64,000 nucleotides of DNA from Myxococcota bacterium (GTDB lineage Bacteria > Myxococcota_A > UBA796 > CAJQPC01): positions 32,001 to 96,000 of the forward strand of contig DASCPX010000040.1 of assembly GCA_036012755.1 (NCBI GenBank). Reading direction: 5' to 3'. The notes beneath the pieces are model-generated. The model ran no database searches. It saw only the letters and a program-made list of their open reading frames with translations, and was not told the origin of the DNA. A program made the position numbers and the translations under genes. Shown here piece by piece: positions 29,414 through 39,697 of this stretch; the first letter of the stretch is position 1; every line of letters starts with the position of its first letter.

Positions 29414-30903
29414 TGGGCCCCTGGCTGGCCGTCGCCCTGGCCGCGGAGCTCGGCATCTGGTTCCTCGCCAGCGAGCTCCCCGACGCCCACTTCGCCGGCT
29501 TCCGTGTCCTCGGCCGCCTGGGCACGCTCGGGCTCGCCGCCGCGCTGGCCGCTGGCGTCACCGCGGGCTTGGCCGTGCCCCGCCTCCCGCGCGGTCTCGC
29601 CCCCGTTGCGGTGGTGGTCCTGGCCCTGGTGGTCCAGGCCCTGGTCTGGGACCTCCCCCAGGCCCAGCCGGACGCGCTGACCTACTTCGTGCACGCCCAG
29701 GCCTTCGCCCGCGAGCCCCTGGAGACCCTGGCCTCGTGGCCCACAGAGGTCTGGGGGTCGGAGGAGGGACGCTTCCACAAGCCCTTCCCCCTGATCCCGG
29801 CTGTCTACGGGGCGGCCTTTGCGCTCTTCGGAGAGACCCGGCTGGTCGCGGAGATCGTGCGCACCGCCCTCTCCCTCGCAGTGCCCTTGGCGACCTGGCG
29901 GCTCGCTCGGGCCCTGGGCAGAGACGGTCTCGGCGCCGCCGCGCTGGTCGCCACGTTCCCGCTGATGGCCGCCCAGAGCGCCTGGATCCTGGTCGACCTG
30001 CCGCTGATCGCCTTGCTCGCGGCGTCCTGGACGGCCTGGCTGGAGAAGCGCTGGCGGCTCTTCGCGCTCCTCGCTGTGCTCACGCTGAGCGCCAAGTTCT
30101 CGGCTCTGCTGTTCCTGGCGGCGCCGATCGCCGCGTTCGAGTCCCGCCGGCTCCACCCTGCGGTGGCGGCCGCCCTGGCGGCCCTGGCCTTCGGAGCGCT
30201 CCTGGCGCTGAAGCCCCCCTTCTGGCGCGAGGACTGGACCAGCTACGGCTTCGCCGCCGGCGCGCTGTTCCTACACCTCCGGCCCGCCCTGCTGTTGGCG
30301 AAGCCCGACCGCTTCACGCTGGGCGCGCTCCTGACCCTCCCGCTGCTCGTCCTCTACGCCCCCGCCGAGCACGTGGCCCGCTATGCGCTGCCGCTGGTGC
30401 CGCTGTTGGCCATCTCCGCGGCTGCGATCCGGTGGCGGCCCCTGGTGCCCGCGCTGTCGGCAAGCGGGCTCGTGCTGTTCGCCTGGGGCTACCGCCCGAT
30501 CCTCGTCCACACCCAGGCGGCGAACCTCCAGCAGGCCGCTGCCCGCCTCGGCGGGTTCTCGAAGGTGGAGGTCTGGGGCGATCTGCCGAGCACGACCTTC
30601 CCCACCGCGGCGCTCGTTGGCCTCGTCGACCTCGAGACAGAGGTCCCCGTCGTGCTCGGCGGGACATACGGGCAGGGCGCTCCAGAGGCCAAGCGGCACT
30701 GGTGGGAGTTCTACGAGCCGCCCCCCTGGCACGCGCCCGAGGCCGGCGCCGACGGAGCGCTCTTGATGCTCTATGGCGGCTCGCGCGTGACCTTCGAGCG
30801 AGACCACCCGGACGCCGTAGAGGTCGACTCGATCTCCGAGTACACCTCTTCTTCCTGGCTGCTTCCGCGAGGGGTCGTGGTCTACCGCCTCAGAGCCCGT
30901 TAG
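29413..30903 (+). CDS. Polytopic GT-C (ArnT/PMT-like) glycosyltransferase
   Basis: PDALTY, FHKPFP, ALFGET, WILVD, SAKFS, RYALP and many TMs. Coupled to the upstream hydrolase. Confidence 0.7.
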   Translation: MGPWLAVALAAELGIWFLASELPDAHFAGFRVLGRLGTLGLAAALAAGVTAGLAVPRLPRGLAPVAVVVLALVVQALVWDLPQAQPDALTYFVHAQAFAREPLETLASWPTEVWGSEEGRFHKPFPLIPAVYGAAFALFGETRLVAEIVRTALSLAVPLATWRLARALGRDGLGAAALVATFPLMAAQSAWILVDLPLIALLAASWTAWLEKRWRLFALLAVLTLSAKFSALLFLAAPIAAFESRRLHPAVAAALAALAFGALLALKPPFWREDWTSYGFAAGALFLHLRPALLLAKPDRFTLGALLTLPLLVLYAPAEHVARYALPLVPLLAISAAAIRWRPLVPALSASGLVLFAWGYRPILVHTQAANLQQAAARLGGFSKVEVWGDLPSTTFPTAALVGLVDLETEVPVVLGGTYGQGAPEAKRHWWEFYEPPPWHAPEAGADGALLMLYGGSRVTFERDHPDAVEVDSISEYTSSSWLLPRGVVVYRLRAR

Positions 30904-30924
30904 CGGCATGGGCTTGGAGGAGAC

Positions 30925-31374
30925 ATGACACTCGCATTGGCGCTGCTCGGATGCGCCAGTTGGGTCGACGGGACCTGGCTCTTCGAGATCGATCAGAACG
31001 CAGACCTCGGCGGCACCTGCGCCGAGGACGCGACCTTCGGCCAGACGGCCATCGGGTCGAGCTACCAGTTGGTGGACATCTTCGAGGCCGCGGACGGCAG
31101 CGTCATCGTCTTCCTCGACGAGCTGCTCGACGGCACCAGGGACGGCAGGCACCTGACCGCCGACTGGGAGCGCACCACCGACTTCGACGACGGGAGCTCC
31201 TCCTGGGACGCCGTCGAGGTCAACGGCGACTTCGCAAAGGGCATCCTCACCGGCCAGATCACCGACTCCAGCCGCGACATCGACGCGGACGGAAACGAGA
31301 CCAGCTGCGTGTTCAAGTTCAGCTTCGAGGCCGAGCAGATGGCCTCGGACGACGACGCTTTCGTGGGGGACTGA
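30925..31374 (+). CDS. Small acidic lipoprotein (DGTW family, copy 1)
   Basis: GGAGGAG SD. MTLALALLG-C-ASWVDGTWLF. Confidence 0.75.
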   Translation: MTLALALLGCASWVDGTWLFEIDQNADLGGTCAEDATFGQTAIGSSYQLVDIFEAADGSVIVFLDELLDGTRDGRHLTADWERTTDFDDGSSSWDAVEVNGDFAKGILTGQITDSSRDIDADGNETSCVFKFSFEAEQMASDDDAFVGD

Positions 31375-31377
31375 GAG

Positions 31378-31905
31378 ATGAAACGACTGACACTGGCGAT
31401 CTTGGCCGTCGGCCTCACCACCGGCTGCACCGTCACAAAGTACGACGGCACCTACATCATCTTCCACACCCTGACGAAGAACACCGTCGACCCGGATGAC
31501 ACCGACATCGGCAAGGAGGAGCGTGGTCTCGCCACCATCGCGACGACCACCGAGGGCACCCTGGTGATGGACTGGGGCGGCGTCGTGATGGTCGGAGAGA
31601 TGGGAGACAAGAAGGCCTTCAGCGTCGAGCGCGAGGTCGGGCTCGATACCTCCGACGAAGACTGCGCGACCCGCGTCGACAAGCAGACCATCTCCGCCGA
31701 CGGCCTGTTCACGAAGGACGGCGGTGTCACCGCCACCATCGACGACCTCGCCAAGTACACCGTCAAGGACTGCGACCCCCAAGACGACGTCGACGAGACG
31801 TGGGAGTACTCCTGGGACCTCACGGGCGTGCAGATCAACGCCAACGACGGCAACCACCTCGGTGACGACGCGAACTGGGGCTACGCCCCCAACCCGGTGT
31901 ACTGA
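31378..31905 (+). CDS. Small acidic lipoprotein (DGTW family, copy 2)
   Basis: MKRLTLAILAVGLTTG-C-TVTKYDGTYII. Confidence 0.8.
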   Translation: MKRLTLAILAVGLTTGCTVTKYDGTYIIFHTLTKNTVDPDDTDIGKEERGLATIATTTEGTLVMDWGGVVMVGEMGDKKAFSVEREVGLDTSDEDCATRVDKQTISADGLFTKDGGVTATIDDLAKYTVKDCDPQDDVDETWEYSWDLTGVQINANDGNHLGDDANWGYAPNPVY

Positions 31906-32327
31906 TGCTCGTGCTCTCGCTGATCGGCTGCCTCGGCGGCGGCCCCTGGGACGGCACCTGGCTCATCCGCGAGGAGTACCCGGGCACCCAGGAAAACGAC
32001 TGCGCGCCGAATGACGACGACCCGGTCACCACAGAGATCGCCAACAGCATCCTGGACATCTACACCACCGGCGATGGAGAGGCGATGGTCATCGCTGGCG
32101 GAATCATCTTGAAGGGCACCCAGGACAGAAAGACGCTGAACATCGAGTACGCCGAGAACGACGAGGACTACGACCGCGAGATCGAGCTCGACGCCGTCCG
32201 CAACGGCAAGGTGATCTCCGGCACGGTCTCGAGCTACTACGAGGCCTTCGATCCGGTCTACGTCTGCAACGGCGAGACGGACTTCACTGGCTCCAGCCTC
32301 GACGATACGAGCAACCACCTGGACTGA
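31905..32327 (+). CDS. Small acidic lipoprotein (DGTW family, copy 3)
   Basis: MLVLSLIG-C-LGGGPWDGTWLI. TGATG coupling. Confidence 0.75.
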   Translation: MLVLSLIGCLGGGPWDGTWLIREEYPGTQENDCAPNDDDPVTTEIANSILDIYTTGDGEAMVIAGGIILKGTQDRKTLNIEYAENDEDYDREIELDAVRNGKVISGTVSSYYEAFDPVYVCNGETDFTGSSLDDTSNHLD

Positions 32328-32336
32328 GAGAGCCCC

Positions 32337-35300
32337 TCAGAAGCGCCAGGTCGTGAGCAGATCCGCCGAGGGCTCCTCGTCGAGGGAGAACTCGGCCTGG
32401 AGCCGCCGGGTCATGATCCACTCGGCAGTGACCGAATACGGCGTCTCGTCGTCCTCGCGAGAGTCGGCGGCCCGCCAGGCGACCTCGACCCAGCCGCGGC
32501 TTCCGACCTGCCAGCCCACCCGCACGCCGCCGACGCCGCCCTGGGCGCCGGTCTCGAGCGAGAAGGCGTCGAAGATCTGGCTGGTGTCGATGCCCTCGAT
32601 CTGCTCCGAGATGATGCCCGTGACCTGGGTGGTCAGCAGGCTCCCGGCACCCTGGCCGAGCTCGTCGGTGGGCTTGCCGAAGAGCAGGATGCTGAGGATG
32701 TCGGTGTTCGTGTAGCCGCGGTCCGACCTGAACTCCAGGGTCGGGAGCTCCACGGTCTGCCCGACGACGACCTCGATGACGCCGTAGCCGCCGGTCTGCC
32801 GCTTGGCGCGGAGGTCGAGGGTCGGGTTCCAGTACTCGGCGCCCCCGAAGGTGATCGTGCCCTCCTGCAGCGCGAAGTCGGAGTTGACGACCTCGATGTT
32901 CCCGCGGATGGTCTCGACCTCGCCGAGCACCTCCAGCGTGTCCTCGAGCATGTGGACCTGGAGCTCTCCGTCGAGGTCCCCCTCGGCCAGGCGGATCGTC
33001 GACAGCCCGAGGGACGAGTAGGACTCCATGAAGGGGACCGTGACGTTCAGCCGCGCTCTCCGGTTGAGGTCGACATCGACGAGGATGTCCCAGGGGTACC
33101 AGAACTCCGGCGGGTCCTCTGGGGCCGCGCTGGCGATGGTCGCCGATGGCCGCACCACGGTCAGGAACGGGTCCAGCCGGAGGCCGCGGTCGTCGAGGAA
33201 GTCGTCCTCTTCGTAGGTGAGCTCGACCCGGTCCGCGACAGCCTGACCCGTCACGGTGAGCTGCGGCCAGAAGCCGTTCATCTCGAGATCCCCAGAGGCC
33301 TGCAGCAGCATCTCCTCGTTGGCCGAATACCAGGCCTCCGAGGCGCAGACGTCGAGGTCGACAGCGTCCAGGCTGAGCTCGGAGATCTGGGCCACTCCGC
33401 TGGCCATCGTCTCTCCCGGCGCGAGGCCGAACTCGCTGACGCAGGGCAAGGTGCGGCGCTGGCCGAGCTCCTCGAAGAACCCGGCGCGCTGACGATCGAG
33501 GGGACGTGACGACAGGCGGAACAGCTCCACCGACAGCGTCGTGCGCGCTGCGACGACGCGGAGGTCGATGTCCTCGAAGGCGACGCGGTAGTCGTGGTGC
33601 TCGAGGCGCCCGTCCTCGAGCACCAGCTCCAGCTCCGGCAGGGGATCGGCGAGGGAGCCGACGATGCTCCCCTCGATGTCCAGGATGCCCTCGGCGTTGT
33701 CGATCGCGGGGTCAGCGAGGACGAGCACGCCCAGCGGCACTCCGTCTCCCGTGAGACGGAGATCCAGGCCCTCTCGCGCCAGCTCGGCGTCGAGATCGAA
33801 GTCGCTTGAGATGTGCAGATCGAAGGGGACGTGCCCGCTGATGTCGATGGTGCGGAGCTCCTGGAGCTCGCCCCCCGCGAAGCCGAAAGTGCCAAAGGCC
33901 TGCCAGCCCCCTTCTTCCGAGCTCAGGCCTATGACCGCCGGAGACACCGTGATGTTGTCGATGCGCCCCTCTGTCAGCTGGAGGCCGCCGCCGAGCTTCG
34001 GCCGATCCGGTTGACCGCTCACGGCGATGGCGCCGGTGACGGAACCCTCCAGCCCCTCGGGGACCTCCACGAAGCGCCTGATGAGGTCGACCTCCACGCC
34101 GCGGGGGAGGACCGTGAGCTGGAGGTCGCTGACCCACGTCGCTGGGGCCTCGAAGTCGGGCTCGGGGCCCTCCTCGAAGAGCCAGGCGGTGACCGTGTGG
34201 GCATGGGTGGCGGCTGAGCCCGAGAAGTCGAGGATGCGCACGCCGCGGTCATGGCCGGTCCCGACCAGCGCAACCGCCCCGTCCTCGATGGTCAGGGTGG
34301 TGTCGAGACGGATGAACTCTCTCGGCTCGCCGGCAGCTACCCGGGCGCCGACGCGCAGATCGACCGACGGGTTCGCCAGTGTGCCAGCGACGAGCAGCTG
34401 GGCCGAGGCCTCCCCCGGAGGCAGGTCCGTCAGCGCAGGAAAGGTGGTGCGCAGGCGCTCCGTCGCAGAGGGCTGCAGCACGACCTCGGCAGCGACGGGC
34501 TCCCGAGTGATCAGCCGCGGCGCCTCCAGCCGCGTGTCCGCGGGGATGCTGGCCCGGAAGGCGAGCAGCTGCCCCTGCTGGTCATCGATGTGCCCGCCGA
34601 GCTGGACGAGGTCGTCGAGACTCTCTACGTCCACCTCGGCGTTGAGTCCCCAGGCCTTGCCCGGCACCGACAGGGCGGTCACGGCCACCCACCCGTCGAT
34701 GTCGGGCTCCTCGGCCGTGCCACCGATCTCCAGCCCGGCGTCCACGTTCCCGGTCCAACCGGCGAGCTCCTCGGGGTAGAGGGCCGCCAGGTAGGGCACG
34801 ACGAGGCCGTCGAGCTCGACTCGGGCGCTGACGGGCCCCGACAGGCCGATGCGTCCGCTCGCCACGACCGTCCCGGCGACCGACTGGATGTGCGCTTCGA
34901 GCTCCTCCGCGCCGTCGTAGTCCTGGTTCAGCGTGAAGACGACCGGCCCGTTGTTCTTCCAGACGACGCCGCTCTCGGCGCCAAGCGAGACCTCCTCGAA
35001 TCTGTAGTCGCGGGCGTCCAGGTCGCCCCCTCCTCGGAGCTTGCCGACGCGCTCGCTGCCGTCCCAGAGATCGAGCTGGATGGTGAAGGCGGAGTCCACC
35101 AGCACCAACGTCGCGTCACCGCGCTCAGCGTCGAAGCGGTCATAGGCCGGGTTCAGGACCCCCATGTCGGAGTCGACGAGGATGGAGCCGTCCGCCCCGA
35201 CGCTGCCCCGAGCGTCTACGTAGACGGCGTCCGCGCCAAGGTCCGAGACACGCACCGCCGCTGCATCCGCGACCGCGGTCCAGGCGACGTTGCCCGCCGG

Positions 35301-36857
35301 GTCGACGTCGGCGACCCAGCTCCCGGTGGCGTAGGCCAGCGTCACGCCGGAGGCATCGATCTCGTCGATCTCGGCGTCTTCGCCCTCCGCGTGCACCCTC
35401 AGTCCGTCCACCTCGACGTGGATCGGCCCCCGGTAGCGGCCGAGGGTGACGTAGTCCTCGTAGCCAGCCTTGCGAGCGTGGAGGCGGCCGTCGAAGGTGA
35501 CCTGGACCTCCTCGGTGGACCAGTCCGCGCGGAGTCGTCCGGTGGCGTCGGCGGCACCGGAGAGGCCGTCGGCCTCGAACTCTTCGAGTCCCTGCAGATC
35601 CCAGACGGTGGCTTCGAGGTCGAGATCGCAGAGCACCTCGGTGAGCAGCCCGCTGCCTTGGACCTCGCCCCACCAGGCCTCGTAGTGGAAGCCGGTGACC
35701 TGGGCTTGTCCGTCCTGGACCTCGAGTCGAGCCGTCGCGCCGGGGAGGCGGTAGCCCCAGCCCAGGCTGTCCTCGAGCTGGACCTCGAGGCTCGCCTCGA
35801 GACCATCCGGCCAGATGACCCCACGACCCGCGAGGTCGACCTCGCCGGAGAGCACGGTGGGCTCCTCGATGGTGGAGACGAAGGAGCCGACGTCCAGACC
35901 GTCGGGGGTGATCTTGCCCCGGTAGGCGATCTCCGGGTCCTCGAGGTCGACGATCACGTCGACGCCAGCGCTCCCCTCCGGCGCCGCGAAGGTCCCGGTC
36001 ACGCCGAGCTCGTGCAGCGGCCCGAGGGCCCTCGCGTCGACCCCGAGTCGCCCATGGAGGCCCACATCGCCGGTGACCGGGACCAGGGCCTCGCCGTCGA
36101 GTTCGCCCCGGACCACGAGGTCGAGGACCGTGCCATCCTCGACGTCGACGAGACCTTCGACTGTCGCCCAGCCCCGCCCCTTGTCCAGCTTCAGCCCCAG
36201 CTCGGAGAGCTCGACGGCGCCTCGCAGATCGTAGGCCACCTCGCCGTCGATGGCGATCGCTCCGAGCTCCGGCTCGTCGAGGCGCCCGAAGCCGGTGAGC
36301 GTCTCGAGCACGATGAGCTGGCCGCTCCCGCTCCCGCTCCCGCTCAGGTGGATGGCCTGGATGTCCAGGTAGAGCTGGTCGTCCGTGCCGTAGGAGAAGG
36401 CGCCATCGTCGAGCTGCACGTCTCGCAGCTCGAGATCGAAGGGCAACTGTGGGACGGGTCCATCGCTGGAGGGGAACATCCGGGAGACATCGAGTTCACC
36501 CTCCGTGTCCACCCGGAGGTCGATGTAGAGGCCCACGAGGTGAAGCCCATCCACATCCATCGTGCGCTGCGCCAGGTGCGGCCGCAGCTGCAGCTCCGCC
36601 GAGTCCAGGCCGATGACGACGCGCCCGCTGCCATCCTCCAGGGCGAGCTCCTCGACCCGAAGGTGCCCGTCGACCAGCTTGCTCTCCAGCGAGCCGATGC
36701 GCATGCGGCCCTCGCCCATCGAGCGGGTCACCTCCTCCTCGATGGTGGCAGCCAGCCAGGCGTTTCCGGGCGGAGAGGCCAGCCACGCCAGGACGGCGAA
36801 GACCGCCACTGCCAGGGCCACCGCCAGCACCAACGCAACCAGCGCGCTCCGCTTCAG
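32337..36857 (-). CDS. tamB: Translocation and assembly module TamB (DUF490/AsmA-like)
   Basis: ~1500 aa beta-rich protein with an N-terminal TM. C-terminal GTITFGG..NPTLDLRA...DILSILLFGK ending in WRF. Follows an Omp85 gene. Start is CTG 36857 (overlap) or TTG 36833. Confidence 0.85.
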   Translation of the reverse strand: MKRSALVALVLAVALAVAVFAVLAWLASPPGNAWLAATIEEEVTRSMGEGRMRIGSLESKLVDGHLRVEELALEDGSGRVVIGLDSAELQLRPHLAQRTMDVDGLHLVGLYIDLRVDTEGELDVSRMFPSSDGPVPQLPFDLELRDVQLDDGAFSYGTDDQLYLDIQAIHLSGSGSGSGQLIVLETLTGFGRLDEPELGAIAIDGEVAYDLRGAVELSELGLKLDKGRGWATVEGLVDVEDGTVLDLVVRGELDGEALVPVTGDVGLHGRLGVDARALGPLHELGVTGTFAAPEGSAGVDVIVDLEDPEIAYRGKITPDGLDVGSFVSTIEEPTVLSGEVDLAGRGVIWPDGLEASLEVQLEDSLGWGYRLPGATARLEVQDGQAQVTGFHYEAWWGEVQGSGLLTEVLCDLDLEATVWDLQGLEEFEADGLSGAADATGRLRADWSTEEVQVTFDGRLHARKAGYEDYVTLGRYRGPIHVEVDGLRVHAEGEDAEIDEIDASGVTLAYATGSWVADVDPAGNVAWTAVADAAAVRVSDLGADAVYVDARGSVGADGSILVDSDMGVLNPAYDRFDAERGDATLVLVDSAFTIQLDLWDGSERVGKLRGGGDLDARDYRFEEVSLGAESGVVWKNNGPVVFTLNQDYDGAEELEAHIQSVAGTVVASGRIGLSGPVSARVELDGLVVPYLAALYPEELAGWTGNVDAGLEIGGTAEEPDIDGWVAVTALSVPGKAWGLNAEVDVESLDDLVQLGGHIDDQQGQLLAFRASIPADTRLEAPRLITREPVAAEVVLQPSATERLRTTFPALTDLPPGEASAQLLVAGTLANPSVDLRVGARVAAGEPREFIRLDTTLTIEDGAVALVGTGHDRGVRILDFSGSAATHAHTVTAWLFEEGPEPDFEAPATWVSDLQLTVLPRGVEVDLIRRFVEVPEGLEGSVTGAIAVSGQPDRPKLGGGLQLTEGRIDNITVSPAVIGLSSEEGGWQAFGTFGFAGGELQELRTIDISGHVPFDLHISSDFDLDAELAREGLDLRLTGDGVPLGVLVLADPAIDNAEGILDIEGSIVGSLADPLPELELVLEDGRLEHHDYRVAFEDIDLRVVAARTTLSVELFRLSSRPLDRQRAGFFEELGQRRTLPCVSEFGLAPGETMASGVAQISELSLDAVDLDVCASEAWYSANEEMLLQASGDLEMNGFWPQLTVTGQAVADRVELTYEEDDFLDDRGLRLDPFLTVVRPSATIASAAPEDPPEFWYPWDILVDVDLNRRARLNVTVPFMESYSSLGLSTIRLAEGDLDGELQVHMLEDTLEVLGEVETIRGNIEVVNSDFALQEGTITFGGAEYWNPTLDLRAKRQTGGYGVIEVVVGQTVELPTLEFRSDRGYTNTDILSILLFGKPTDELGQGAGSLLTTQVTGIISEQIEGIDTSQIFDAFSLETGAQGGVGGVRVGWQVGSRGWVEVAWRAADSREDDETPYSVTAEWIMTRRLQAEFSLDEEPSADLLTTWRF

Positions 36858-39079
36858 AAGGCCTCCTGGAGCGCTATGTAGACGCCGTAGCGACGGTCCA
36901 GCGCGTAGTAGGGGTCCTTCCTGAGGCGGACACCGACATCCACGCGCAGGGGGCCCGCCGGGGTGGCGACCCGGGCACCCACGCCCGCGGTCGGCTGGAG
37001 CTCCCGCCAGTCGAAGTCCTCCCGCGTGCTCCAGAGGCCGCCGAGGTCGTGGAACACGACGAGATCGAAGCTGCTGTTGAAGGGGACGCGGGCCTCGATG
37101 TTCGCGTACACCATCGCCTGCCCGCCGAAGGGCATGAAGTCCAGGTTGGACCGGGCCACGCCCGTGTCGGCGCAGTCCCGCTCCGCGACGAGCTCGGCGC
37201 CCTCGTCCTCGTAGCTGCAGCCCCGTGGTCCCTGGAGGTCCTGCGGGAAACCCCGCAGGGTGCTGGCCCCCCCGAGCAGGTAGCGCTCGCTGTGCGGGAT
37301 GGCGCGGCGATCGGCGTCGGACCCGAAGGGCTCCATGAGGCCACCGGCGACGCGTCCAGCCAGCACGATGCGCCCAGGGGTGATCGTCTGGTACTTGCGC
37401 AGGTCGAACCTGAGCTCGGCGTAGGTACGACCTGGCATCCAGGCGCCAGCCTGGGCCAACCCGACCTCGATGTAGTGGCCGCGCGCAGGCTGGAACAGCG
37501 GGCGACGCGTGTCCCAGACGCCGCTGAGGATGAGCTTGTGGATGTGGAAGTCGACCTCGCTCGCGCCGGCGTCGATCTCGGGGAAGCCGAGCTCGGTCGC
37601 GAACAGGGCCGCCTCGGGATCGAGGTTCTGGAAGGTGTAGGTCCAGCGGTAGCCCGGCCGCACCGCGAAGTGGTCCGTCAGCTGGTAGGTGAACACCGGC
37701 GCCATCGTGACCTTCTTGGAGCTGTGGCTGCGCTCGCGGCCGATCTCGAAGCCGACGTCCGGCGTGTGGGACCAGCGGGTGCCGAGGATCTCCGGGTAGA
37801 CCAGGCTTGCGTCAGAGGCGAGGAAGGGACCACCGTCCGTGGTCGTGTCCGCCACGACCTCGCCGGCCTCGTCGATGGTGTCCTCGATGGTGTCGCCGAT
37901 CGCGGCGTCCTCGAAGGGATCGAAGACCCGGTAGCCGCCTTTGGCCTCCGCCTCGACGCGGATGAGGCGGGACAACAGGTGGGTGTGCGAGAAGCGGCCC
38001 ACCGCTCGGATCTCGCCCATGCCGTCGCTGCGGAAGAAGCCCGCACCGAAGGCAGCGCCTCCACCAGCCTTCAGCTCGCGGAAGCGGGTCTCCCTGACCG
38101 AGATCTGCACGGGCACCACCTGCCCCTCGGTCTCGAGCTGCGGAAACACCTGCACGACGCTGAAGACCCCGAGCCCGAAGAGGTTCCGCTGGGTCTCGGC
38201 CATCTTGCGCGGGTCATAGCGCTCGCCGGGGAGGATGGTCACGCGGCTGCGGATGAAGCGCTCCTCGACCTCCTCGAAGCCCACGATCTCGACCTCGCCG
38301 AACATGCAGATCTCGCCGGTCTTGACCTCGAGCAGCAGGTCGACGGCGTGCTCCTCGGGGCGAGCCTCCACCTCGACGGTCGCCACGGCGCGGGCGTAGC
38401 CGTTCTGTTGGAGCTCTCTTTCGACCAGCCCGGCGAGGTCGTAGGGCGCGTCGATGTCGAAGCGCTCGCCGAGCAGTCCGGCCTGGGTTCGCCGGACGCG
38501 GCCGAGCACCGTCGGGGAGACCTCGTCGAGACCGTCGATGACGACCCCCGCGATGAGCGAGGGCTCGCCGAGCTCCACGCTGCCGACGACGTCGACGACC
38601 GGACCGCGCAGGCGACGAGGCCTCAGCGCCGGGAAGACCGGGGCGGGCTTGACCTCGACGATCTCCCAGGCGACGAGCTCGGCGTCGAACCAGCCGTGGT
38701 GCGCGTACCACAGCTCGACGCGGTAGGCGTCCGTATCGAGCAGCTCCGTGTCCAGCGGGACCCGGTCGACGAAGGCCCGCGCGAAGAAGATGTGGGCCAT
38801 GGCCCCGGACTCGCCGTGCTCCATCGCGGTGCGCACGATGGGATCGCTGGTGGCGCGCCCCCAGAGTCCGTTGCGCTGGAGCACGTGCAGGTAGCGGAAA
38901 TCCGGCTGGGGCGCCTTCGGTCCACGACGCAGGAGCTCCTGGAGGAACAGCTGGTCTTCGTGGAAGTGGATGTCGCGCACTGTTGGCGGAGCGGCCCGGC
39001 GCTCGGCGCGGCGGAGCTGTCGGTCCTCCTGATCTGCCTCCGCGGTCGCGATCAGGGTCAGCAGGAGCGCCGAGAGCAT
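36854..39079 (-). CDS. tamA: Omp85-family outer-membrane protein (TamA/BamA-like)
   Basis: POTRA-like segments (YAHHGWFDA, LQQNGY, LFGLGVFS), ERYLLGGASTLRGF, GVGARVATPAGPLRVD, terminal QEAF. Confidence 0.88.
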   Translation of the reverse strand: MLSALLLTLIATAEADQEDRQLRRAERRAAPPTVRDIHFHEDQLFLQELLRRGPKAPQPDFRYLHVLQRNGLWGRATSDPIVRTAMEHGESGAMAHIFFARAFVDRVPLDTELLDTDAYRVELWYAHHGWFDAELVAWEIVEVKPAPVFPALRPRRLRGPVVDVVGSVELGEPSLIAGVVIDGLDEVSPTVLGRVRRTQAGLLGERFDIDAPYDLAGLVERELQQNGYARAVATVEVEARPEEHAVDLLLEVKTGEICMFGEVEIVGFEEVEERFIRSRVTILPGERYDPRKMAETQRNLFGLGVFSVVQVFPQLETEGQVVPVQISVRETRFRELKAGGGAAFGAGFFRSDGMGEIRAVGRFSHTHLLSRLIRVEAEAKGGYRVFDPFEDAAIGDTIEDTIDEAGEVVADTTTDGGPFLASDASLVYPEILGTRWSHTPDVGFEIGRERSHSSKKVTMAPVFTYQLTDHFAVRPGYRWTYTFQNLDPEAALFATELGFPEIDAGASEVDFHIHKLILSGVWDTRRPLFQPARGHYIEVGLAQAGAWMPGRTYAELRFDLRKYQTITPGRIVLAGRVAGGLMEPFGSDADRRAIPHSERYLLGGASTLRGFPQDLQGPRGCSYEDEGAELVAERDCADTGVARSNLDFMPFGGQAMVYANIEARVPFNSSFDLVVFHDLGGLWSTREDFDWRELQPTAGVGARVATPAGPLRVDVGVRLRKDPYYALDRRYGVYIALQEAF

Positions 39080-39100
39080 GCGGTCGGATAGCCTACCGCG

Positions 39101-39697
39101 ATGGTCGACCACACGCGCGAAGCACTACGTCAGCTGGCACTCGTGATGGCCGTGGCCGTGCCGCTGTCGGTGCTCGGCTTCCTGGGCTCGGCTGACTTCT
39201 TCGACAACTACCACGGGGTTGTCGTCACCTGGTCTGCCGTAGACGGCTCCGATGGTCGCGACGACGACATCGCCGAGTACCTCGTCGTCCGCGGCGCAGG
39301 AGAGCCCCTGACGCTGATCCTGCCCGTGCGCGCGCTGAAGGACCATGACCTCCCCCGGTCCGACAGCGGCGCGATCCCGGACCCGATCCCGGACGGGGCG
39401 CCGACGCTGCACAAAGAGCTGTTCAGCTTCGTCTTCACGGTCGAGGACCGCCCCTACTCGACCCTGTCTCCGGTGGACCTCGCGGTGCCGATCCTGTTCT
39501 TGACGGCGGTGTTGCTGGGGCGAAACCTCATCTTCGCCGGCAGCCCCTTCCGACTCGTCAGCGACGGCAGGATCCGCGTCTTCGGGAAGCGTGACGAGCG
39601 GGGCGACCGGGTCAATCCTCCTCCACCTCCGCGCCCGAAGAAGGGTCCCCCGCCCGGAGGCTCGAAGAAGAGACGGAAGAAGAAACGGAAGCGCTGA
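39101..39697 (+). CDS. Two-TM membrane protein with Pro-rich and polybasic C-terminal tail
   Basis: Two hydrophobic segments. Tail [26 protein letters not shown]. Confidence 0.7.
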   Translation: MVDHTREALRQLALVMAVAVPLSVLGFLGSADFFDNYHGVVVTWSAVDGSDGRDDDIAEYLVVRGAGEPLTLILPVRALKDHDLPRSDSGAIPDPIPDGAPTLHKELFSFVFTVEDRPYSTLSPVDLAVPILFLTAVLLGRNLIFAGSPFRLVSDGRIRVFGKRDERGDRVNPPPPPRPKKGPPPGGSKKRRKKKRKR

